A DNA stretch of 24,153 nucleotides. Source: Candidatus Bipolaricaulota bacterium (lineage in GTDB: Bacteria; Bipolaricaulota; Bipolaricaulia; RBG-16-55-9; DRXL01). Both the position numbers and the translations under genes were made by a program. The notes beneath the pieces were generated by a model. That model was not told where the DNA came from. It was given only the letters and a program-made list of their open reading frames with translations, and did no database searches. The stretch spans positions 1 to 24,153 of the forward strand of contig JANWXV010000001.1 in NCBI GenBank assembly GCA_025057405.1. The letters run 5' to 3'. Position 1 is the stretch's first letter; each line of letters begins with the position of its first letter. This document shows, one piece after another, positions 17,575 to 24,153 of the stretch.

Positions 17575-18197
17575 TGGTGCGCAAGATTGTCTTTCTGGGG
17601 CCTCCGGGGGCCGGCAAGGGCACGCAAGCGGTGCGCCTGGCGCACGAGCTGGGGGCTCCCCATATTGCGACAGGGGATCTCTTGCGCTCGGAAGTACAGA
17701 ATAAGACAGAACTTGGGATGAAAGCCAAAAGCTATATGGACCGCGGTGAACTAGTCCCTGATGAGCTGGTCGTGGCCATGATCCGCGGGCGGTTAGAAAA
17801 CGCTTCGGGATTTGTGCTTGACGGCTTCCCCAGAAACTTAAAGCAGGCGCAGTTGCTCAGCGGCGTGACGAGAGTCGAGAGGGCGGTGCACTTCGCGCTT
17901 TCGCGCGAAGAGATCGTCAAGAGATTGAGCGCGCGGCGGATCTGCACGCAGTGCGGACAGGTCTATAATCTGCTGGCGCGCCCGCCCAAGCACGATGAGA
18001 TCTGCGATGCGTGTCATACTCGGCTTGTGCAGCGCAGCGATGATCGTCCTGAGGTGATAGAAAATCGCGTGGAGGTTTACACGCGGGAGATCAAGCCCGT
18101 CTTGGAGTTCTATCAGAATCAGGGCGCGTTGCGCGAGGTGGATGCGCGCGGCAGCGTCGAAGATGTCTATCGCGCGGTGAAGAGAGCGGTGAGCTGA
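17574..18197 (+). CDS. adk: Adenylate kinase (Zn-lid type)
   Basis: GPPGAGKGTQA P-loop, LDGFPR, and lid CTQC...CDAC...QRSDD. Confidence 0.98.
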   Translation: MVRKIVFLGPPGAGKGTQAVRLAHELGAPHIATGDLLRSEVQNKTELGMKAKSYMDRGELVPDELVVAMIRGRLENASGFVLDGFPRNLKQAQLLSGVTRVERAVHFALSREEIVKRLSARRICTQCGQVYNLLARPPKHDEICDACHTRLVQRSDDRPEVIENRVEVYTREIKPVLEFYQNQGALREVDARGSVEDVYRAVKRAVS

Positions 18198-18200
18198 GAG

Positions 18201-18995
18201 ATGATTCGTCTGAAGTCCAAAGAAGAGATTGCGATCCTGCGCGAGAACGCCGAGCTGCTTCAGGCGATTCTCTTGCGCTTGACCGAGGAGGCCCGTCCCG
18301 GCGTAGCCACGCTGGAGCTGGATCGCAAGGCCGAGCGCTGGATCGCCGAGATCGGCGGGCGCCCGACGTTCAAGGGCTATCGGGGGTATCCCGCGACGAT
18401 CTGTACATCGCTGAACGCCGAGGTCGTCCACGGGATTCCCAGCGCGCAGCGCCTCTTGAAATCCGGCGATGTTCTCTCTATAGATATAGGAATGATGCGC
18501 AAAGGGTTCTGTGCTGATTTGGCGACTACTGTCTTGATCGGCGATAGCCCGGAGTATGTATATCAGCGTCGGGTGATGCAGCGAGCGGCCGAAGCGCTGC
18601 AGATCGGGATCGAGCAAGCGCGAGCGGGCCAGCGCGTGGGAGATATCTCCAGCGCCATTCAGAGATATATTAACAGTTACGGACTCTCGGTGGTCACGAA
18701 CTTTGTGGGGCACGGCATCGGGCGCGAGATGCACGAAGAACCCCAAGTGCCCAACTACGGGACGGCTGGACAAGGCCCGTTGCTCAAAGAGGGCATGGTG
18801 CTCTGTATCGAACCGATGGTCGCCGACGGCCCCAGCGATCTGTTAGAGATCGAGGTGCTCGAGGACGGCTGGACGGCTCTGGCACCGGGAGCGCGCGTTG
18901 CCGCGCATTATGAAGCGATGGTCTTGGTCACTGCCGAGCCTATCGTTTTGGGTATAGGACTGTTTGAGCCTCAGGCGGCTCTGGTAGCGAGGTGA
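18201..18995 (+). CDS. map: Methionine aminopeptidase type I
   Basis: [27 protein letters not shown] and AHYE metal-ligand motifs. Confidence 0.97.
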   Translation: MIRLKSKEEIAILRENAELLQAILLRLTEEARPGVATLELDRKAERWIAEIGGRPTFKGYRGYPATICTSLNAEVVHGIPSAQRLLKSGDVLSIDIGMMRKGFCADLATTVLIGDSPEYVYQRRVMQRAAEALQIGIEQARAGQRVGDISSAIQRYINSYGLSVVTNFVGHGIGREMHEEPQVPNYGTAGQGPLLKEGMVLCIEPMVADGPSDLLEIEVLEDGWTALAPGARVAAHYEAMVLVTAEPIVLGIGLFEPQAALVAR

Positions 18996-19002
18996 GGTCT
19001 CT

Positions 19003-19224
19003 ATCAGCAAGGGTGAATTCATTCGCCGGCGGGGGAAGGTACTCGAAGCGTACCCCAACTCGATGTTCAAAGTGAAGCTGGAGGACGGCGGCGAGACGCT
19101 CTGTCACATTTCGGGGCGGATTCGCAAGAATTATATTAAGATTCTGCCCGGCGACACCGTCACGGTGGAGTTTTCGCCCTACGATCTGGAGCACGGACGG
19201 ATTATCTACCGGGAGCGCGAGTAA
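19003..19224 (+). CDS. infA: Translation initiation factor IF-1 with apparent non-canonical ATC start (73 aa)
   Basis: Translation is (I/M)[72 protein letters not shown]. There is an in-frame TAG at 18985-87 and SD GAGGTGA at 18989-95. The gene is absent from the ORF track. Confidence 0.95.
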   Translation: MSKGEFIRRRGKVLEAYPNSMFKVKLEDGGETLCHISGRIRKNYIKILPGDTVTVEFSPYDLEHGRIIYRERE

Positions 19225-19239
19225 AAGAGGTGTCACGCT

Positions 19240-19356
19240 ATGAAAGTGCGTAGTTCTGTGAGAAAGATGTGCGAGTCGTGCAAGATCGTGCGTCGCCACG
19301 GTCGTATCTTGGTGATTTGCAAGAACCCTAAGCACAAACAGCGTCAGGGGACGTAA
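19240..19356 (+). CDS. rpmJ: 50S ribosomal protein bL36 (Zn-type)
   Basis: [38 protein letters not shown], 38 aa. Confidence 0.98.
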   Translation: MKVRSSVRKMCESCKIVRRHGRILVICKNPKHKQRQGT

Positions 19357-19372
19357 GGAGAAGTGAGAAGTT

Positions 19373-19750
19373 ATGGCTCGTATCGCTGGAGTGGATCTGC
19401 CCAGCAACAAGCGCGTGGAGATCGCGCTCACGTATATTTATGGGATTGGTCGCCCGCGGTCGCGCGAGATCCTACAACAGGCACAGATTGACTTCAACAA
19501 GAGAGTCAAAGAGCTGACCGAGCAAGAGATCACGGCGTTGCGCAAAGAGATCGAGGCGAAGTATCAAGTAGAAGGCGACTTGCGTCGCAAGATTCAGAAC
19601 GACATCGCCCGTCTCAAAACGATCAAGTGCTATCGCGGCGTGCGCCACACCGTCGGGCTGCCGGTGCGCGGCCAGAAGACGCGCAGCAACGCCCGAACGT
19701 GGAAAGGCCCGCGCCCGGCCAAGGCCGGCAAGCGCGACAAGGCCAAGTGA
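19373..19750 (+). CDS. rpsM: 30S ribosomal protein uS13
   Basis: [15 protein letters not shown] and [21 protein letters not shown] motifs. Confidence 0.99.
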   Translation: MARIAGVDLPSNKRVEIALTYIYGIGRPRSREILQQAQIDFNKRVKELTEQEITALRKEIEAKYQVEGDLRRKIQNDIARLKTIKCYRGVRHTVGLPVRGQKTRSNARTWKGPRPAKAGKRDKAK

Positions 19751-19761
19751 GGAGTTTCGGT

Positions 19762-20100
19762 ATGAGAAAGATTGACCGCGCGAGATTGCACGTGCACTCG
19801 ACGTTCAACAACACGATCTTGACTTTAACGGATTTGGAAGGGCGCGTTTTGGCCTGGGCCAGTCCGGGCACCCGCGGCTTTAAGGGCAGCAAGAAGGGCA
19901 CGCCCTACGCGGCGCAGTTGGCGTGCGAGACGCTGCTGGCCAAGATGAAGGAGATGGGGATTCGCTCGTTGATCGTCACGGTGAACGGAGCCGGCCAAGG
20001 CCGAAACGCCATTGTGAACACGCTCCGAGGCGCGGGAATACGCGTGGAAGATGTCAAGAACGTTACTCCGGTGAGCCACAGCAGCAGCAAGCTGATCTGA
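19762..20100 (+). CDS. rpsK: 30S ribosomal protein uS11, short (112 aa) with divergent C-terminus
   Basis: AGGAG SD at 19750-54. HSTFNNTI and GFKGSKKGTPYAAQ motifs. The protein ends NVTPVSHSSSKLI. Confidence 0.97.
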   Translation: MRKIDRARLHVHSTFNNTILTLTDLEGRVLAWASPGTRGFKGSKKGTPYAAQLACETLLAKMKEMGIRSLIVTVNGAGQGRNAIVNTLRGAGIRVEDVKNVTPVSHSSSKLI

Positions 20101-20114
20101 AAGGGAGAAGAATT

Positions 20115-20735
20115 ATGGGACGCCACACCGAAGCGAAATGTCGGCTCTGTCGTCGTGAGGGCGAGAAACTCTTTCTCAAGGGGGAGAAGTGTTACACCGA
20201 GAAGTGCCCGGTGGAGCGGCGCCCCTACGCTCCCGGCATGCACGTCACCAAGTTCGGGCGGCTGAGCCAATACGGCATTCACTTGCGAGAGAAACAGAAG
20301 GCCAAGCGCATCTATGGGCTGCGCGAGGAGCAGTTCAGAAAGTATGTGGCCCGTGCCAAGCGCGTGAAGGGCGTCACGGGTGACTTTCTGTTGGAGCTGT
20401 TGGAGCGCCGCATGGACAATGTCGTCTATCGAGCCGGGCTTGCGGTCTCGCGCGACCAAGCACGTCAGCTCGTCACGCACGGGCACTTTCTGGTCAACCA
20501 GCGCAGTGTGAATATCCCGTCGTTTCTGGTGCGGCCGGGAGATATTATCGAGCTGAAGCCCAATGCGTATGCCAAGCCGGGCATCAAAAATCTGTTGGAA
20601 TCCAAGCCGCGCCACAGTCCCCCAGCCTGGCTGGAGCGCAGCGACGGGCGCGTCCAGGTCTTAGATCGCCCCAAAGTAGACGAATTGGAGCACAAGCTGC
20701 AGATGCATCTCATCGTTGAGTACTATTCACGATAG
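20115..20735 (+). CDS. rpsD: 30S ribosomal protein uS4 (Zn-type)
   Basis: CRLCRREGEKLFLKGEKC, LREKQK, LERRMDNV and IVEYYSR motifs. Confidence 0.99.
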   Translation: MGRHTEAKCRLCRREGEKLFLKGEKCYTEKCPVERRPYAPGMHVTKFGRLSQYGIHLREKQKAKRIYGLREEQFRKYVARAKRVKGVTGDFLLELLERRMDNVVYRAGLAVSRDQARQLVTHGHFLVNQRSVNIPSFLVRPGDIIELKPNAYAKPGIKNLLESKPRHSPPAWLERSDGRVQVLDRPKVDELEHKLQMHLIVEYYSR

Positions 20736-20761
20736 TGTTGCTAGAATTGGGGAGGAGGAGT

Positions 20762-21685
20762 ATGCGCGCGGAGTTGGAGAAGCCCAAGATCAAAGTTCAG
20801 GGGTTGACCCCCACCGACGGGGTCTTCATCGTGGAGCCACTGGAGCGCGGCTACGGCATGACACTGGGGAACTCCCTGCGCCGCGTGCTGTTGGCTTCCA
20901 TCCCCGGTGCAGCGGTCACCCGCGTGCGCTTTGAGAACAAATATCACGAGTACGACACCATCGAAGGCGTGAAAGAGACCGTTCTAGAGATCATTCTCAA
21001 TCTCAAGGAGATCGCGTTTCGCCTGACCGACGGAGAGCCGAAGCATCTCTATCTGCAGCACGAGGGTGCGGGGGTCGTGCGCGCCGGAGATATTGAGCTG
21101 CCGCGCGGTCTGGAGATCCTCAACCCGGATCACGTCATCGCCACCGTCAACGAGAAGGGCAAGCTGGCTCTGGACATGGAAGTCGAGCCGGGGATGGGGT
21201 ATCGTTCGGCGGAGCGCAACAAGCGCCGCGATATGCCCTTGGGGATTCTGGCGATTGACTCGGATTTTTCGCCGGTGAAGCGCGTCAATTATCGTGTCGA
21301 GCCGACGCGCGTGGGCGAGCGCACCGATTTTGATCGGTTGGTCTTAGAGATTCATACGAACGGGGGCATTCGCCCTGAGGAAGCGCTGCAGCGCGCGGCT
21401 CAGGTGCTGATCGAGCACTTTCAGTTGTTCACCCTGCCGGTGGGAGCGTCCGAACCCGTCGAAGTCGAACCCGAAGAACTCAGCAAATCCCTGGAAGAGC
21501 TGAATTTTGACAAACGGGCGTGCAATCTGCTCGCGGCCAAGAACGTCTTCACCCTCAAAGACTTATTGCAGAAGTCTCACGAAGAACTGAAAGACATTCA
21601 TGGTTTTGGGGAAAAGACCCTGCAAAAAGTGCTCGAACAAGTCGAAGAGCTGGGCTATAAACTGAAAGAGAGCAAACGGAGCTGA
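20762..21685 (+). CDS. rpoA: DNA-directed RNA polymerase subunit alpha
   Basis: GGAGGAGGAG SD. EPLERGYGMTLGNSLRR and FSPVKRVNY motifs. The C-terminal domain is present (KRACN, GFGEKT). Confidence 0.99.
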   Translation: MRAELEKPKIKVQGLTPTDGVFIVEPLERGYGMTLGNSLRRVLLASIPGAAVTRVRFENKYHEYDTIEGVKETVLEIILNLKEIAFRLTDGEPKHLYLQHEGAGVVRAGDIELPRGLEILNPDHVIATVNEKGKLALDMEVEPGMGYRSAERNKRRDMPLGILAIDSDFSPVKRVNYRVEPTRVGERTDFDRLVLEIHTNGGIRPEEALQRAAQVLIEHFQLFTLPVGASEPVEVEPEELSKSLEELNFDKRACNLLAAKNVFTLKDLLQKSHEELKDIHGFGEKTLQKVLEQVEELGYKLKESKRS

Positions 21686-21691
21686 TCTGGT

Positions 21692-22042
21692 ATGTGGCAT
21701 CGCAAGGGATTTCGCAAGCTCAATCGCGATCCGCAGCATCGCAAGATGATGCTGAAGAATCTCGCCAAGGAGCTGATTGATCACGGCAAGGTGGACACAA
21801 CCGTCGCGCGTGCTAAAGAGAGCGCCCGGCTGGTAGATCACTTGATCACGCTGGCGAAGCGAAACACCCCCTACGCTCGCCGTCAAGCGTTTGCGATTTT
21901 GCAAGACCCCAAACTTACCGATAAGCTTTTCGCCGAGCTTGGCCCCAAGTATATGGGGCGCAGCGGCGGCTACACGCGGGTTCTGAAGCTGCCGCCCCGC
22001 CCCGGCGACGGCGCGGAGTTGGCGCGCCTGACGTGGGTCTAG
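21692..22042 (+). CDS. rplQ: 50S ribosomal protein bL17
   Basis: [24 protein letters not shown] and RPGDGAE motifs. Confidence 0.99.
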   Translation: MWHRKGFRKLNRDPQHRKMMLKNLAKELIDHGKVDTTVARAKESARLVDHLITLAKRNTPYARRQAFAILQDPKLTDKLFAELGPKYMGRSGGYTRVLKLPPRPGDGAELARLTWV

Positions 22043-23004
22043 TGCTTCACGATAAAATCCGAAAAACCCACCGACTTCGTTGGGGTAATTCGGAAGAACG
22101 GGGTCGTATAGCGAACGAGCGCTTGTTTTTGGGGAGTCTCCCCCGCCGTGAAGAACGCTTGCAGCACGAGTTCGTAGTCGGGCGCTAAGAACGTCCTGAA
22201 GAACGGGTCTTTGAAGGGCGCGAACTTAAAGACCGTTCGCACTCTATAGACTGTATATTCTCGTCGTCCGAGCCTGGTCTCCAGCGGGATGCGCTCGGTG
22301 CTGAGGACTTCGGAGCGCGCGCGCGCAAAGGGTTCCTCCCCCCAGCGGATCACTTCGGAGAAGAAGACGTTGTACTCATAAGTTTGTCCCACTTGCAGCG
22401 GCTTGCTGTAGAGATGATAGATCCAATCGTTGTAGGCCATCGCCCGCCCCGGCCAGGGGATCGTGGCTCGGAAGATCCCTTCGTACGTAGGCAAGAGAAT
22501 CTCCATCTGATTGGTATCTACGGGCTTATAATATCCCTCTCCTTGGTAATCAGGGCGGTTGGGGTCAAGAAAATCAAACTTGATGGTGAAGCGCACTTCG
22601 CGCATGGTGAAGTCTGGGTGGAGAAAGTTGTACCAGTCGGTCGTGATGACGTTACCGGCTCGCACTTCAACGACTTGATGGAGCCTGAGGCCCTGAGGCC
22701 CTTGTAGAATGCGATCCGTGCTGATAGCTACGCCGTTGAGGTCTTCGTAGCGTAGCCAGCGGGGATAGGGGTCTTGTTTATCGTTGAGGCCGTCCTCGTC
22801 GGTGTCGGCTTTGGTGGGAATAGTAAAATAGACGAAATACTCTTCGCCGTCGAGCAGGCCATCGCCGTCGGTATCGGGTTTGTTCGGGTCGGTGCCCAAG
22901 ATTCGCTCTTGGGCATCGGTTAGCCCGTCGTTGTCGGCGTCTTGGGCAACGGCATCTAGGGCCAGCAGCGCGGTGATGAGCGCTAGAGTTAAGAGAATGC
23001 GCAT
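22039..23004 (-). CDS. Secreted hypothetical protein with three thrombospondin type 3-like Ca-binding (DxDxDG) repeats and an unassigned beta-rich C-terminal region
   Basis: AGGAGG SD and a signal peptide ending AVA-Q. Repeats are [24 protein letters not shown] and [12 protein letters not shown]. Confidence 0.8.
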   Translation of the reverse strand: MRILLTLALITALLALDAVAQDADNDGLTDAQERILGTDPNKPDTDGDGLLDGEEYFVYFTIPTKADTDEDGLNDKQDPYPRWLRYEDLNGVAISTDRILQGPQGLRLHQVVEVRAGNVITTDWYNFLHPDFTMREVRFTIKFDFLDPNRPDYQGEGYYKPVDTNQMEILLPTYEGIFRATIPWPGRAMAYNDWIYHLYSKPLQVGQTYEYNVFFSEVIRWGEEPFARARSEVLSTERIPLETRLGRREYTVYRVRTVFKFAPFKDPFFRTFLAPDYELVLQAFFTAGETPQKQALVRYTTPFFRITPTKSVGFSDFIVKH

Positions 23005-23025
23005 AGGTCTCTCCTCCTAGTTCAA

Positions 23026-23085
23026 GAATGTCATTCTGAGCGCAGCGAAGGGTCTCGATTCTTCGCTGCGCTCAGGGTGACATTC
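23026..23085. repeat. REP-like palindrome (TGTCATTCTGAGCGCAGCGAAG type): 25-bp arms, 10-nt loop
   Basis: GAATGTCATTCTGAGCGCAGCGAAG (23026-50) pairs with CTTCGCTGCGCTCAGGGTGACATTC (23061-85). The only two mismatches are T.G wobbles on the + strand. Confidence 0.8.
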
Positions 23086-24153
23086 GGTCCGGTCTTGGAG
23101 CAACTCTCGCCCGGCCTTCAGTCGACCTCTCCCTTGCAGGGAGAGGGCTGGGTGAGGGTGAAAAGTTCCCGTCTAACCCCACGTCAACGCTCTCCCATCG
23201 TGAGCGAACGCTCGCTAGAACAGAGATCAGCGCGGGGAAGAAGAGCACAGTGGCCACAAACGCATACGAGACGGCCAATCCGACCAAGAGTCCGAACGCG
23301 CGGTTCCAGGTGATCGTAGCGGCCAAGAGCACAAAGAAGGCCGAAGCCGTCGTGACGAACGACGCAAACAGCGCTTCGCCGGTGCGGGCCGTCGCTTTGA
23401 CCAGATCGCGCTCTTCGAGGAATCTCTGCAACAGATGCACGGCATAGTCCACCCCCAACCCGATGCTGATCGCCGCGACGATGGCCGTCGCGGCGTTCAG
23501 TTCTAAGCGCAGCAGCATGACCGTCCCCAAGAGCAACCCCGTCGTCAGCGTCATGGGGAAGAGCGTCGCTGCTCCCCAAAGCGCTGATCTCAAGATAAGC
23601 GCCATGACGACAAAACAAAGCCCGAACGCTACGATCAGCGATTGCACGAACGACTGACGGAGTGTCTCCAACCCCAGCTCTTCCAGATAGGGCACCCCGG
23701 TCAGTTCGACAGAGAGACCCAAGGCTTGGAGCTTGGCGATCACGGGTTCGAGACGTTCAGCTATATCTTGGGTGACGCGCGCGATCCCGGCTTGATCGGC
23801 AAAGCGCATCGTGTTGACGCGCACGACCGCAAGACCCTCTGAAATATACATTTCAGCTCGCCAGCGCAGCGACTCTTGCGCAAAGATCTCAGATATTATC
23901 CAGCGATAAGCCGCGTCGGGGTCTTCGACAAAGCGCTCTAGAAAGCCTTGCGACAGTGGGGGATGAGCCGCGCGCACGTCGTCAATATAGTGCGCGATGC
24001 TCGTCACCTTGTGCGCATAGGGCGAAGCGCCAAGGGCCTCGGGGATCTCTTTGAGCAAGAGCCTCATCACGCCGAAGCGCACGATATCGCCCTTCAGTAA
24101 GATCTGAACTTCGTCATACGTTCTGAACTCGTCGTTGATCTGGTCGTAGAGCC
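23072..24153 (-). CDS. MMPL/RND-family transporter permease (5' truncated by window edge)
   Basis: The frame stays open from the window end (..LYDQINDEFRTYDEVQILLKGDIV..), so the track start at 24082 is not the true start. SIGLGVDYAVH RND/MMPL motif and multiple TM helices. Confidence 0.88.
   Translation of the reverse strand, partial: LYDQINDEFRTYDEVQILLKGDIVRFGVMRLLLKEIPEALGASPYAHKVTSIAHYIDDVRAAHPPLSQGFLERFVEDPDAAYRWIISEIFAQESLRWRAEMYISEGLAVVRVNTMRFADQAGIARVTQDIAERLEPVIAKLQALGLSVELTGVPYLEELGLETLRQSFVQSLIVAFGLCFVVMALILRSALWGAATLFPMTLTTGLLLGTVMLLRLELNAATAIVAAISIGLGVDYAVHLLQRFLEERDLVKATARTGEALFASFVTTASAFFVLLAATITWNRAFGLLVGLAVSYAFVATVLFFPALISVLASVRSRWESVDVGLDGNFSPSPSPLPARERSTEGRARVAPRPDRMSP
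23104..23158. repeat. Second REP-like palindrome (CCCTCACCC/CCCTCTCCC-GGGAGAGG type) inside the 3' end of the MMPL CDS
   Basis: Inner stem CCTCTCCCT 23126-34/AGGGAGAGG 23138-46. Outer stem CTCTCGCCCGG 23104-14/CTGGGTGAGGG 23148-58, fully paired with three G.T wobbles on the + strand. Confidence 0.7.

Noticed and set aside
19063-19224. infA starting at the first in-frame ATG (53 aa)
   Set aside because: It would delete the first OB-fold strand, and it has no convincing SD at proper spacing.
20080-20114. Frameshift that might restore the uS11 tail (the rpsD frame reads ...ADLKGRRI)
   Set aside because: KGRR simply comes from the purine-rich rpsD SD (AAGGGAGAAGA). There is no NGCRPP in any frame and no slippery site.
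1349-20615. Long antisense/alternate-frame ORFs (e.g. 1349-2125, 4933-5490, 11002-11595, 15032-15646, 17838-18773, 19905-20615)
   Set aside because: These are shadow ORFs of GC-rich, highly conserved genes, with no SD and no recognisable domains.
20735-20761. rpoA GTG start at 20735 given by the ORF track
   Set aside because: The strong SD GGAGGAGGAG directly precedes TATG 20762, and homology begins there.
22062-22086. Possible hairpin plus U-tract near the rplQ end
   Set aside because: The U-tract is on the minus strand inside a CDS, and the stem is weak and mismatched on that strand. It is not a credible intrinsic terminator.
1-24153. Alternative genetic code, rRNA/tRNA genes, CRISPR arrays, transposases, introns/inteins
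   Set aside because: TGA, TAA and TAG all end genes at canonical lengths. I see no RNA-gene signatures, spaced direct repeats, transposase motifs or large insertions in conserved proteins.

Overview
Bacterial ribosomal super-cluster (standard code 11, GC-rich by eye) with envelope/transport genes on both sides. Left flank: a partial LolE/FtsX-type ABC permease, a LolA-like lipoprotein-sorting protein, an exported HEAT-repeat protein and an SRPBCC protein, converging on an orphan rplM that has no rpsI. Back-to-back sigma70 promoters (3984-4052) drive rplM leftwards and, through a structured ~135-nt leader, a 33-gene rightward array from rpsL to rplQ (4195-22042) that fuses the str, S10, spc and alpha clusters. 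This array has no tuf and no rpmD. Right flank (minus strand): a partial MMPL/RND permease, two REP-like palindromes and a secreted protein with DxDxDG Ca-binding repeats. The most striking signal is in translation initiation. infA has no in-frame ATG/GTG/TTG before its first strand and appears to start at ATC. uS11 has lost its near-universal C-terminal tail (HNGCRPPKxRRV). 27 of 31 non-overlapping ATG starts have T at -1. The uL4 motif (WPQKHTGRARHG), a Zn-type uL24 and the loss of uL30 suggest a deep-branching lineage near Thermotogae/Deinococcus-Thermus, possibly Bipolaricaulota (Acetothermia). That taxonomy is an unverified inference.
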